DNA of 64,000 bases from contig OZ296648.1 of assembly GCA_965655095.1 (NCBI GenBank), forward strand, positions 148,676,001-148,740,000. Reading direction: 5' to 3'. Below the pieces are notes generated by a model. That model ran no database searches, was not told the origin of the DNA, and saw only the letters and a program-made list of their open reading frames with translations. A program made the translations under genes and the position numbers. The stretch comes from Haplodiscus bocki. Its lineage: Eukaryota. The first letter of the stretch is position 1. Each line of letters begins with the position of its first letter. Positions 1 through 13,400 of this stretch are shown piece after piece.

Positions 1-2189
1 GATCTCAATCCAAAAAATCGTATCAACTTTGAAGACTTCTCTTTTTGCTTTTTCAGTTTATACTTAGCCAGCATTTCCTCTCCATTGATTGGTGGGACAC
101 TTTGTTCTGGATGATGTTCACGTTCAATTTAAAAGTTCGGTGTCTCAAGAACAGCAAGAGATCCTGCGACTTATTTAAGGCCGTTAGCGTTCTTGCACTA
201 TGTTTTGCTCTGTATGTGTCTACTTCACGTGCCCGTCTTTTCTTGTAATGCTAGCAGCCCTTCTTAGATTGGGTGAATTATTCGCTCACGCTGGTTTTGA
301 TATGTTAGCTGAGCTGAGTAACGAGCTGTTTTCATTTTTCAATCAACTCTTGTCTCTCCTCGAACGCTCTCAATAGCAGGCTGCCCACGCTTCTGTCGTG
401 TGAGTGCACAGAAGACTAATCCTCCGGCCGAACTTATTTGACTCAACTTAAATAAACAATTTTGAAATTTCTGTGACAGCAAGTCGCAAAAACAATGGAA
501 ATGTTGGTAAATAGGTGAGTCACAGGGACATTTTTCTTGCACGTGCCTTCTGCGAATGGAAAAATGGAGAGGTTGCTGGCCTTTTCCGTTAGGTGATTTA
601 GAAAATATCTTCGTGAGGGTAGAATTTGATTACGAGTTCAATGAGCGCACTGACTTTGTTGTCTGACTCGTTGTATTACTTCCTCTCTGAAGCCTGAAAC
701 TGACGAATTCAACTCGTCCAAATTCTTTTAACGGTGATTGTGAGGGTGTTCTGAGGCAAGTAGTCCCGGACTAATTAGAAGATGTGGCATCGTTCGTCGT
801 TTTTATTTGTACAGAACCAACCACTTTTTAATCCACTCCTTACATCAGTTTCACAACTGGACCTTCTCGGTTAATCAGCACGCCCTATGTGAATGACATA
901 TGAGTATAAACATTGCGATGAGCCGGATAATTGAAGGGACATGGCTGTGGCAATGATTGTGTAAGACGCATAAACGGACGTTCTCGAGGTTCTCACTCGG
1001 GATAGCCGAGAAACTTAAAGTGTGACTGAGAATTCAAGGAATCGATGCACTGCACTTGGTGTGCGTTAACTTGGCAAAAGTAGCTCTGGTTGAATTTCCC
1101 AATTTTCGTTGAAAGTCGTTGTTGTGGGTCGTCGTCCGCTCCAAAGTCTGACAACATTACCTGATCATTGAAGTGATCAACAGAAAAATCAGAACTGTCA
1201 TCGGTCACCATGTACCCACAAAGAGTTATATCAGTCTTTGACTCCTGTGTTTGACTGGGAAGTTTAGTCTGGCTGCTGACCGTGCTGGCTTAGTGGAGAG
1301 CGTTTTGATGGTACAGTCGCAGCAACGCGTGAAAGATGTTGATCTTCATCAAGCGAACATTCTTCTCGGTAAAAGTTAATTACTTTCACAAGATCGTCAG
1401 AAAAGGAATCAATGACAAACTCCCGATCTTGTGCCTATTTTTGATCTACTTTCGAAACCGAAAGATCACCAAAAAAGTTTTTGAGGTGCTTCAAAACTAT
1501 TTTCAACCCAAGATTCTGAAACTGTCATCTAAATTCTTGTATCACCTTTTACAGTGTGATCGCTCGGTCCACTTTTTGAAGGTAAGACCTTTTTAGCTCT
1601 GCAAAGGGTAATACAGGACAAAAAACTATGATATTGCTGCTATGAGCGACTGTTTCCCCCTAGACAATGTAAAATGACCCTAATGAAGTTTCGGGCGCAC
1701 TTTTTCAAGAGCTTCTTGTTGATTTTCAAAAAGTTAGATTGAGTACTCATGATTCGAAACCATTTGTTGTGTATAAAATTAGGAATATTCAACTTCCAGA
1801 GGGATAATTTTCTCCCTCTCGCTTATGAGCATGTATCTAGACAATACACTCGCGTGACATGTGGTACCATGGAATTCTCCAAGCGGGTCCTTTACTTACA
1901 AAATTCACTCTTTTATTCTCGAATTTAATTGGAAGATGAGTAAAAAGAGGATCACTTTTTTCTGGTTTTTCATTGAGCCATAGTTTGACTGGGGAACATT
2001 TGCAGCAAATGCAACAATCTGATGAACTGTCGGGATAGCTACTCGATAAACGAATATCAATTGTCAGGCAACCATGTGGGTTAAGCTGTCGGGTCAGAAG
2101 CTGATGTGCTGTGGCTTGTGTAACTTACTCATCAGTTTCAGGGCATCGATTCTGCTTGTTTCGGGGAGTCATCAAAGAATGGTCGCTTT

Positions 2190-2950
2190 CGTTTTCGTGG
2201 TGATCAATCTGAAAAATTCCTTCAAAGTTTGCTCAGACGTTGTTTTTCAATTCAAAGCGATTAGCGTCCCTGTGATGGTACTTCTCGAAACAAGCGTGAG
2301 AAGCGGTTTCCGCTTCTTCCCATAGTTCCACGGGCCCGGCCAGTCATGGCAACGTTGATTTGACCTCTTCACTTTTTGTCTGCCTCCAAGACTCATCTCA
2401 GGCACTCTTGCGGAAAATTTCAGAGCGAAACTATTGCGGCATCACTGCAGGGCGTTGAAAGCATTTTTTTTCTTTCCTTCTTCCAGACGGGTATTTGCGC
2501 AAGAGAATGTAATGCTCATTGAGAAAAAGAAACTGCCTATTCTTTTGTTACTACCTAATTGTACAAAATGAGTTGTTTGATAGGGATATTTGGTCTGCTT
2601 TTGACGTGCTAATCATAAATCTGCAGGCTGCTTGAATCATCAGTTTCGAACTGCTGATCTTTGAAGAGGTCATTCGTGGAATGTGCAAACCCAATGTTCG
2701 TCAAGAGCGGCCAATCTGATGTATTTTTGAAAGTGCGGCCAGCTTTTGTCTATCTGTTAAAAATCATTTCAAAAATTTGGATAACTTTTGCCACAACAAG
2801 TGGTCCGGACAGGTAAAACTTTTTTGTCAAGTATTCGTCCGTGGGTTCTTTATCCCGGATGTACTACAAGGAAGTTGGTTGACACGGCAAGGGCCGCGTC
2901 TCCCAGGGCTTGAGTTGGTTTTTCCATAATCTTGCCGAAGTGACTGGGAA
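2190..2950 (-). pseudogene. Alpha-like RNA-dependent RNA polymerase remnant
   Basis: Manual minus-strand translation: KNQLKP..PCQ...SGPL (motif F-like, ~2800-2925), IYD*H (motif A-like, ~2605-2625), EHYILLRKY (~2500), MGRSGNRFSRLF (motif B-like, ~2290-2325), GIFQIDH (decayed GDD motif C, ~2200-2220). B-to-C spacing is about 34 codons. Confidence 0.55.
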
Positions 2951-3749
2951 AGACGACTTCAAAACTGTGACGAAGCCTGTTTCTGGATTTTGATTCGTTG
3001 GAGAGACTTGGTTTTCAGTTGCTTTGTTTTCTCTGCAACTGAGAGCACAAAAATAGGCCACCGTTTTTTCTTGCAAAAACAAGGCTGCGATCTGACTTTC
3101 TTGTATCTGTGAGCACTCTTTCTGACACTTTCTGATTGTAATAGGTCGTCCGTATTCTGATTCCGTCAGAATTCCAGTGCTTGTTGTTAAGTCTATGTAA
3201 GATGTCGGAGTCATTTTCATTTAACAGCATGCTCCATCTGCCAACCAACTTTTCATTGAGTGGCCATGAAGTTGTAATTTGGAGGAGGGGCGCCTGAAAG
3301 GAGTCTTTTTTGAAAGTCACAGCTTCAAACATTTTTGACTGCAATTGGTTGCACTATTGACGTGTAACGATAAAAAACTGATGTCGATGAAACTTTCAAA
3401 ATGGTTATTTTGTCCATGTATCACTTGACCATGGTACCAGTTCGCTGTTCAAACGAAGCCAGGCTCTTGTTCAATGCTCTTCGAAACGTTATGGTGGAAT
3501 TTTAGAGTCCGAATGGCAATCTCTTCTGTCGATCAACCGGAGTTCGCTTGCCTTAGGTGTTTTTGTAAGACCCTTTTTTCTCAACGGACCTTACCACAGT
3601 AATAACTTTGCTTTCAAAATGACGAAACATTTCGCTTCGTCCAAATTAACAGCATTTCATCAATCGTAGGAGGGTTGCATATCCTTGACTGTTATGTAAT
3701 TGAGTTGCCTAAAATTACAACTGAAGTGTTTTCTGCGTCCCCTTTTCAT

Positions 3750-4870
3750 AAGAATGACACTACCATTAACTCAAGTCGAGCAAAAGGCTGCTACAAAATC
3801 TAAGGCCATGAGGTGTTGCATTTCTTGATTGGCTCCCTCTTGCTCAACTCGTGTAGTCCTCATGGCTCCTTCCCAATGGGGGTTTCTGTTTGATACTAGC
3901 TCGATTTTGTGTTTTAGTATGGTTGCTCTAAACCTGCATCTCGCTCTATGTGAGAACCAGAGCCCTTATTAACTAGTTGATTCAGCCTATTCTGAGTTTT
4001 TAACAAACAGCACTATTTGGTGGATAAAGATCTGATCCTGAAACGAAGTTTGTCAGACTTTAATCCAAATAGCTTTCACTCTCGAGTTCAGAGCAATCAG
4101 CCAGAGGGCATCGAAGTCCTGACACAGATTTTGTTGCACATGATGACCTAATCGAAGTTCTTCTTTTTTACCACCTTCGATAAAATTTGTTTCTCAGAAT
4201 GAGGTGAACATTCCTCCATTATAAACTTACTTGAATTTAAAAATCTGTTTTTTTTTGTGATTCCGAAAACGTAGCCACCGCCATGATAACCCTGTCATCC
4301 ATTCTGCAAGAACTGAGCGAGCTGCACATTGCTCACAGTTTCAGGTAAAGCATCAAACGGCTGAGCAACGAGTTCAGCTGTGTTGCATTTGGCCACTTTT
4401 TGAGCGTATGACCAACCCGGACCAGTGCTTTTTTGTGATGTCACGAGTTTTGATTCCAAATGTTCAAAAAATGAATTTCCAGTATTGTGACAGCTTTTGT
4501 CAAGTTGGTACATCTGTATAAAGCATTCGGGAAGCGGCTGTCAAGTTGTCCTAATGTTGGTCCCCGGTGATGGGCTTCTTTGTTCCATATCCACGAGCAG
4601 CATCGTCCTGATTCGAGAAAAATCTTTCCAAAACAAAACATCTTTGGATAGGCAGTCATCCACTACCACCAACTCGGTTTGACGCCCACACCATTAAACG
4701 TACTACTTCTGCCACTCCAAATGTGCAAATCGAAGCTAGATTGCTTTAACAAAAAGATTGTGGTTGGGCAGCAGGAAAAAGCTGTACTGTAACCCAGTTT
4801 CTATCAAGCAGAGATTTTGACAATTGGTCCAGCTCCAGTGTCAATCAATCCTCTCAAGTTGACGGAAGGA
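3750..4870 (-). pseudogene. Superfamily 1 helicase remnant
   Basis: Minus-strand motifs in canonical order: IDTGAGP (decayed I), FSCCPTTIFL (Ia), LVVVDDC (II), LLVDMEQ (III), LDKSCHNT (IV), SHIERDAGLEQP (V), FVAA/ARLELMVV (VI, across a frameshift). Confidence 0.65.
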
Positions 4871-7800
4871 AGACTTTTTGGGAATATTTGCAAGAAAATT
4901 GAATTGTGGTCATTGGGAGCCTCGAGCAGTCAAAGTGTGAAAAGGAAGGTTTCAACAACTCAATCTAGCGAACCATGCACCGATAATTTGCACTGTATCG
5001 CTTGATCTTAATTTGAGTCATGATTTTGTTGAAGTTCATTCTTTGTGGCCAGCTTAGTATGATGCACCTGGTCTTGGTGCCATGTTTGAGTTTTTTGGCA
5101 AAACTTTTAGTTTTTTCATTGCAAGTTGGATGACATTGTCGAAAGTTTTGACATCTCTTGTAAAAGATATACAAATTTGAACGCTTTTCCACTTACATCG
5201 TAACAATAAGGGTTCAAAGTGTTTCAAACTCAACACTAACGTGTTGTAGGAGATTTCGATGTCCTTAGGAAATTCTGCAATCCGTTTCCAGCAGTCCTTT
5301 TTGAAAACAGTTGCCACATTTTACCAGAAGGATAACTTGGGCCTCATCTTGATCAATAGTTTCTGAGGACTTCGATAAATTCAAAGTTGGCTGCCGATTG
5401 CTTGGTCGTACCGCTGCAGGTGCTGCAGGGCGCTTCGTGTCACTGACGATGTTTTATGGGCAACAACTACTGACAGAGCTGTGTCCTGTCCTTGTTCTCG
5501 TATTCTCACGATTTCTTTGTTGCGAAGAACCTAAGTTCACCCACCGTGGGTGGGATTTTTATGTCTCCTTCATCAACTTATCTAGCAGTGACAATGCGAT
5601 GCAAATCTTGCTCTTTGACTCCAATTCAAAACTTTTTAAATGCTTCAGAGGGCCCAAAGTTTGGTAATTTTGGGGAAAAACTTACCCAGGCTTTCTATTT
5701 CATCCAAGTTTGGCATTATTGATTCCACTGGCTTTGAACGTCAAATAGTGTGGTACTGTCTCTTCTCGGTTTTGCTGCTTAATCATGGTTAATCAAACTC
5801 AGTTTCTCGCTTCATTTTACAAGCAATCGATGACAAGCCACACGATCTGCGCGTCCTCAAAGCAGTGTGGAAAAGCTTTAGGGACATGTTGCGCATTTTT
5901 GATCCGTCTTTCGACTTTTTCCTTCGGACTCTTTTTAAGCTGTGGGTTTGATTTTCCTTTGCCTTCTGTGCACAACAAGATGTAGAAGAGATCACCTCTG
6001 AGATTTTGCTGATATTAGGTTAAGAGACATTAATTCCAGGCACAAGAATAGTTGCTTCAAACCCTTACTACTGGTGGTATCAGTTCGGGTTTTGACCGAT
6101 TTTCGAAGCTTTTTGGTTGACAGTGTTATCTTCACATATGTCAATGCTCCATCAACTTGATCCTTGCATATGATTGATGATCGCTGTAAGATGTTTTTAT
6201 TCTGGTCACTTTGAAGGGATTTGCTCCTCCATTGAAGAAGTGCCGTTTGATTGGCAATCCGGGTAAACGAAGTTTTCAGAGCAAAAATCTATTAATCCAA
6301 AATTTTCATGGCAACTGACACATTGTCAATCCGTCGTAACTTCATTTGCATTTCTTTTTCTATTGGACGTGTGCACTAACGTTACTCGAAACTTTGATTT
6401 CGTTTTCTGGGTGGAGACTTGCAACCATTGCACTTGACTAAACCGTCTCCGTGATACTTCTTCACCCAAAGATTTGACTCTTTGGTTAAGCAACTGGTTT
6501 TTTCATTTCAAGTCTGCCCTTCCACCGGTCATCCGTGTGTATTCAAAACCGGGATGGCACTTGTTGGACAAACCGTATTTATCCCAACTTCCGGCGGAAA
6601 AACAGAAAGATGATCTCGAATGTCTGTGTGTCATCTCCTTCCGCTTGCTCCCATATCTAGATTGAAGCTGCTGCTGCTGCGAGGCAAACTTTGCGCTAAA
6701 CTTGTTTGCTTAGCACTGCGATTTGACCAAAAATCAGCTTTTTTGGAGCGTTTTCGGTGAGTTATTCAACATTTTCAAAAAAAACTGATGTCAAAAATTC
6801 ATCATATTTTGTTCTTCGTATCCTGTCAATTATAAGACTCAAGTTCGTTAAATATTTGCTGGTCGTTGCTGCTCCGAGTTTTCTCCCACGAACGTTGAGC
6901 GGCTGAATTCTCTGAAAGCATTACCTGTCAAAGTCCGTCTGTCGACTGGCACTTTTCTCCAACATACAACCTTTGATTTTTTGCAGCTGATATTATTTGG
7001 AATTTGGGATACAGCAAATACAAAATATTCACCATTTGAGTGGATTCTCGGTTCTTGCAATCTTACAGATAACCTCTCTTACAGAGTTGAGGAAATTTTT
7101 TTCTCCGAAGACTGGGTTAGCCTAAACAGAACTTCTGACGGGAATTGCGGCTTTGCGTGACTTTCCTTCGTTTTTTGATAATTTCCATGGTTCTTTTTTT
7201 CTCAACTCTTGCTTCAGCCTTTTCCTTACTGGTTGAGATTTTTATAACAAGGCTCTGCACTGTAGCAATGTTGGAAATTGGTTGTTGAGCCGAAAAACAT
7301 GTTTTTTTTTTGTTTTTTGGTGTGCAAAATCGTGCACGTCTGATCTCCCGTTTCTGAAGGCGGGTTTCAGGTTGGTAAAATTGTGTGCAGTTTTGTTTAG
7401 AACATGACCTGCAGGTTGTAACGCATTTTAGATGCACTCCGCGGAATCAAAAGTGAAGAGGTTAATGAAAGTTGACTTTTTTGAATGAAAGTTACTTCCC
7501 TTCCAATGACGGCTTCTGGGTGGTTCAGAAATGTCTGCAATGGTCTGATTGTCCTCAACTTTTCATTCTGTTCATTTGAAGCCAAGGACTCCGAAACTCC
7601 TCTTTGTGGTTGTTTGGATTCTGAGAAATGTTTTGGATTTTTTGAAGTTTGGAAGTGTGTTCCAAAAAGCTCCAAACTACAGCAGTCTAAAAATTGTTCC
7701 AATGGTCGGATGCCCAGCAAAACTGATCCGTTTATTCCTCTATATGAGAACGTTTTGATGCTAAATTGTGCCGTGGTACCAAATTGTAACAACTTTCGCG

Positions 7801-9229
7801 AGGCTCTAAGAAAAGAAACTGACTGAAAGTTTGATATTTTGTCGGTGATGGTCGGCTTTGACTAATCAAGACGAGCTCCAAATCGCTCAGCGAGCTCTTG
7901 GTGATACTTTCAAAGCGCCCAAGAACCAAGGAAAAAACTTCACTTTCCAAAATCTTTTGTCTCAAAATGATCAAAAAAGACTGTTTTCAGCCGAGCTTAT
8001 TTGGCCTGCAATTTTTCTCAGAGGGTTCTAGGCCCTGTAAGGTTTGTACAACATATCACAAAGTAAAAAAGTGCGATAGTCAAGTTGCTGATACCGCTGT
8101 GAGAGTGTATCTACTCGGCACTGAAACATTTTATCCACTCAACACTTGTGTCTCCAAATTATACATTTTCAAGCCTGGGGTTTAACTGCTTTGGTCGAAA
8201 GAGAAACCAAAGTTTGTCAATTTTGCTCCATAGTTCAGAAAGCTTTCAATTTGGCGTTTCCGGTAATTGGGGCATTGTTGGGCACGCTAAACCATGATTT
8301 GGGGTTACACCTCAAAAAAATCTACTTCCAATGTGTTTCAACAGTTTTTTTTGTGACCTTTCTCTTAAATGGGCCGGAGCTTGCCCTATAACCGAAATCA
8401 ACATAACCCAGCCACTCGGATTGCTGCTGACGTCCGAAGATGTTTCAATAGGTTTTTACTAAAAAATCTAGTTTTGACCGGAAAGGTGGTTATCTCAATT
8501 TCAAATTTTTCTGAGGAATGATTGAAATACCAAGTTCCTTGCTCAAATCATACCGCTGATTTTGAATCAGAGCTCACATTTGCAACTTTTGCTTCCGGAA
8601 AGATTGTGGATGCAAGACTGTGTAGTGACTGGAGATGCTACAAAACTCTTGATGTTTCACCTTTTGGGTTATCTCTGTCTGCAGAAAAGTGCGATCGAGC
8701 TGAGATTTTCCGGGAAGGCGCCTGGTGCACTTCTGAAGCTGCCTCTGACTGCTGATGGGTTCAAATTTCTATCTTCAAAGTCAACGGAAACATATCTTGA
8801 GCCGTTTTAGGCAAATAACCACTCATTGCGCGTAGAAGACTCAGAAAAATTGGAAACAGTTGTTCCAACGTCGTGGTCTTGATCCCAAAAGCAGCCTAAT
8901 TGAAAATTGGAGTAAAACTTAAAAAAGCCACTTTTTTGATCGAAAACATTCTCAAAGTGAGATGTACCGAAACGTTTTGCGGTTTTATGCTGGTTGAGAG
9001 CACGGAATCTTTTTGTGTAGGTTGTTGCCACAGTTAATGGGAATTTACAGGGTTTTTCAAAAAAGTCTTTTCCCATTTCTCCAGTTCACTCTCCTGGTTT
9101 TTCCTGTTTTTTTCTGCCTCTTTCTTCTATCTTCTCGTATCCGACTGTTGGCAGCCAACTCACAATTAGTCCTGGAACATGCTGTTTTTTGTGGGCAGGG
9201 GGGCTAACCCTGAGAGGAACCCTTCTTCT

Positions 9230-9510
9230 GATAAGAAAGATAACAATCCTTCTTAGGGCGCTGGCACCAGACTGGACTGACTCATAATGGAGTCTAAGAA
9301 TTCCTTCAGACTTCGTAATGATTTCTTCCAGATTTTTGTAAATTTTGGAACGCAATGGAGTGTTGCTTCTTCGAATACTCTGGTATGGGGCTTCCAAATA
9401 CATTCCCGATCAATTAAGTGGCTTTGGTGCTAGAATTTTTAGCGAGCGGATGTTTACTAGGAGCGATTGTAACCAAAGCTGAATAAGGGTAATCTGGTTG
9501 TCTTGATGCC
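9230..9510 (-). pseudogene. Viral (alpha-like) methyltransferase/guanylyltransferase N-terminal remnant
   Basis: DYPYSALVTIAPSKHPLAKNSS resembles the YP...H motif I; ILRLHYESVQSGASALRR resembles the H...DxxR motif. Confidence 0.4.
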
Positions 9511-10294
9511 TTCTGCGGGCAGGGGTACATCAAAAATTTGTTGCAACATAACAAATGGAGTTGAAATGGAGCAAAAAAATGAAGCCATATAACCAGAGAC
9601 AGTCAGGCTGTTTTGAATGAGTTTTCATTTTTTCATCTACGTTTGCCAAAATTAAATTAAGCTTGATCTTTAAAAAGAAAAGATTCATTCTGCTCAAGTT
9701 TCCTAGAACTTTTTCCCATTTATATTGAACTGTTTCGCTCTTTTCAGTCCAAAGGAGTGGGTGGAATTACATTTAAAGAATAACGTCTGCAACCATTTCA
9801 AGAATAATGTTTGGAGGAAGAACGTCTAATATTCAATGCATTAAGATATGACATGAGCATGACCTGTCATTATGGCGTTATTCCCGAAATGGATTTAGAT
9901 GTTAACTTTTTGATGTTCTTCCTGGTCACCAGTAGAATATTCCTGGAAACTTTGTGACGGTTCACGGCAGCTTTTAATTTTTTTGAAAACATTCTTGCAA
10001 GTATGATTCAATTTTGTACCCACAAAAATTGCCGTTTTTCCGAATTTTGGTTAAATTCTCAGAAAATTGAATATTTTTGAAGTTTTGGAAATATGTACAA
10101 TGAAGTTTCATATTTTAATTAAAGGCTTGATTTTTCATTGATATTTGCTCAATCAACCCACAACTGCATCTTCAAGAAGAAACTTTTGCTGTTTCTGAAA
10201 TTCTTAATTTTTTTGCAGTTTCTCATGTAACTTGAAATGTTCCAAGTTTTTAGCTGAACATCTCGAGAATAAGCTTTTTGGCGGTTCATAGGAA

Positions 10295-10445
10295 ACCCAA
10301 GTTGGCAAAGCATGGCAATCTGGCATCATAAAACCATGATCATGGCAAAAAACATGACCATAACAATGCCATGATGACGGCATGGTACCCATGTTTTTTG
10401 TCTCATAGCCATGATTGACCGTAATTCACAGCATGATCATGATTT
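10295..10445. repeat. CATG/CATGAT-rich low-complexity cluster, probably subterminal repeats of a non-autonomous DNA transposon
   Basis: Dense ccatgatcatgg-like motifs; a similar cluster lies near 9850. Confidence 0.35.
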
Positions 10446-13400
10446 GCTCCCCCTGTTTTATATCATTAAATTATATCAATTTTATTCAATTTTTTAAGGC
10501 AATTGATGGCACACTTGACTGCCCCTAGAGTCAACCACTCCTCTAATCACCTGAATCTGACGTTGTAACAAAGAAAAGCCCCGAAAAGCGTAGGAATTGC
10601 TTCTATGCTTATCATACCATGAGGTCTGCTTAGAAATAGTTTCGATAAATTATATTAATTGGGGTTCTAGATCGTCTCAGACAAATTCGATATGTTGGTG
10701 AGGAACATGTTTCGGAATATTCCTGATGGGTTCTTTCAAAATGTCAAAACCGTACTGACTCCCAGTGTAAAGGATCATGGTTAGACTGACCAGATTCAAA
10801 AACAACTGAAAATTCACAAATTGAATGATTCATTCTAATTTATCAACCTTGAAATGGATGAATCGCCTGAAGCCTTTGGTACATCTCCAGTCTACAATTC
10901 TGAAAACTACATAATTTCAGATGATCAAAACTTCCAATTTTGTAGTTTAGTGCATGTGAAATTTCATTTTTTTCCACCGTAAAATGATTGAAACTTAATA
11001 GAGAAAATTGAAAAAAGTAATTTTAATTAAAGTTGTCAAATTCATTCGTTGAAGGTTCCGTTTTGTATATGAGGGTCTTTTCCGTTACTTCCGCCAGTCG
11101 AAGCTGTAGCTACTGCTACCACTGAATTCACTGAATACGTCTTTCGCGAGTCAGTAGACAGTGCACGCGATTAACTAATCTCAAGTACCTACCAAGAAGC
11201 TGACTGCTTCCTAAAGCTAATTAAAGTTAACAAACAGGTAATTCCAATCATTCTCTTAAACAGAAAAACTATTGAAAAATCCTAGGAAATCTTTGAGTAC
11301 TAAAGTTATATCAAGTTAGATAAAATCTAGAACAAGGCCTCTTCATAGTATTGCCTTTACCAGAAAAACGAGAAACTTCTCTTTTGAAGTTAATACAATT
11401 TGGTGCAATGACAGTGAAAATCCATCCTCGTCAACGTTCTCTACCTTCACTGTCACATCCTTCTTCTATTCCTTCCTTTTCTACATTTACTCTTTTTTGC
11501 CTCTCTTCCATTTTCAGACGTCTTTTTATTAAAAAATCCAAAAAAATCAGGAAAAAATTTTTGTTAAATTTTTGTTCATTCGTTTGGACTCTAAAGTTCC
11601 AGTCCTCTGGACTATACACTTTGATAGTGGTTTCGACTTTAAACTTCATAGTCGTTTCGACTTGTAACTTCCAGTCCCTTGGACTAAAAGCTTCGACAGT
11701 CCTTTCGACTATAATTTTGGCCATCCTTTTACTTTTTCGTTCGCTGTCAGTATTGGTAACTGAATTCCGCCTAGACCTTGATTCTAATCCATTCTAGTCT
11801 GTATATTAGATCCTGAGTTTAAAATATTCTATTGTCAGGGCAGAATTCACTTTTTACCATTTTGTTCCAACTTATGTTTTTACGATTTTTTTTACGATTT
11901 TGATTTTCTGTTATTTTCGACATCAATTCATTTCACTGAAATTTGTCGACTTTTCTCTGCATTTTTAATTACAATTTATTCTGTATTCCATGAAATTTTT
12001 CATTAGCAACTTTCATTGCTAGCTATTATGTGATCATAAAATCTCCTTTCCTCTGACATTTTTAATTTCACACATAACTAGTGTTGGTATGATCTTATCC
12101 TTTTTGTCCTAAACAAATTTCAATTGTAGGTACTTTTCTACTCTGTGGATTTCTTTTTTTCCTGTCCCAACACGTAAGACATAGAGTCAGAACGCGAAAT
12201 TTCCTTTGCATAGCGTATCTGGATTTTTTGTTGCTGACTGAGAAGCTGACTGTTTAGAGCCTAGTTAGGAACTAGTTGTCTACTCAGAGAGCTCCTAGAA
12301 ATTACTGAACTCCTTTCTACCTATCGAAGTTCTCTTGTCTTGTAAAACGTAGAAATATAATCTTGCGATCAGTATTGATCGAACATTGTGTGAGAACGTT
12401 GAATGTTCAGAGTTTTCCATTCTTTGTCTTAAAAGTTTATTCCCCTTCTTAACCATTCCCCACAAAAAATTAAAAACTTTCACACTGAAATCATTGTTTG
12501 AAATATTCTAGCAATCTTTTCGATGAATGCATTTTCATATACTATCTTCTTTATTGCCGAAAACTTTTTGCTGGAGCGCAAACTTTTTAGTTTTATGGTG
12601 TCATACCCTCGCCGTATTTCGCTTTTTCATTTTTAGCTCTTGGAATTGTAAATACAAATACAACACTCTGAAAATATTTTCATTTAATTTCCTGCAAAGA
12701 GTTGTTTTTACAAATCTCATCCTGTTTTATGAAGTTTTCTGTAATCAAGTAAACTTAATTTCTCGCAAACATTAGGAAACCATAAAACCATCATTCCAAG
12801 TCGACACAGAATTGTCAATTCACAGTCGAATACTCCATCTGAAATTAAAAATGACGACATTAACAAACAAATTAAAAATATTAATGAAGCTTTTCAAGAT
12901 CAAATATCTGTGGAATCAAATACAACTTCAATTGGAAGTACACAACAAAATCCACAAAATATCCCAAAATCTTCCTACTCTGAGACATTTAGTGAACGAA
13001 TCCACAATCCCTCTTTGTAATGGCAAGAACAATTCTCTGAAGTTTTCTCATTAGAGCAAACTCAAGCTGAAAATAAACGTTTAAGCCTACAACGTCAAAA
13101 ACGAATCGAAGCAGCCAGTCAATTATTCCAAAGCCAAGAACTCTAACGTAACTACAAATACAACAATTGAATCAACCTGACACCGGAATTAAAGATGATA
13201 ACATCAATTTGGAAAAAACTCGAATGATGCCTTCAACAACAGAAAATTACCACCACATCAAGTCGCTAAATCTGAACTTTCAATTCTTGCTCCATTTATC
13301 CTTCAAGTGAAAAAAAGAAAGACAAAAAAGAACATTTGTTTCTGATGCTATCAGCTTCAGTAAAAATCTTATAGAAAAACTTCAACAATTTTTTTAACTG

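Larger units (their letters stand above)
1..9630 (-). mobile_element. Probable endogenous viral element: decayed replicase polyprotein of an alphavirus-like (Alsuviricetes-type) (+)ssRNA virus
   Basis: Long intronless minus-strand coding-like sequence broken by many stops and frameshifts. Degenerate motifs occur in the order MTase (~9.2-9.5 kb), SF1 helicase (~3.75-4.87 kb), RdRp (~2.2-2.95 kb). Boundaries are approximate. Confidence 0.6.

Noticed and set aside
7397-8810. Plus-strand ORFs such as 7485-7826 and 8522-8755 as genes
   Set aside because: They have no motifs and are best explained as antisense shadows of the decayed minus-strand frame.
9435-9470. LINE apurinic endonuclease start (SLLVNIRSLK on the minus strand)
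   Set aside because: No following ETW, GD.N or SDH motifs and no LINE RT; another frame gives a better viral MTase-like motif.
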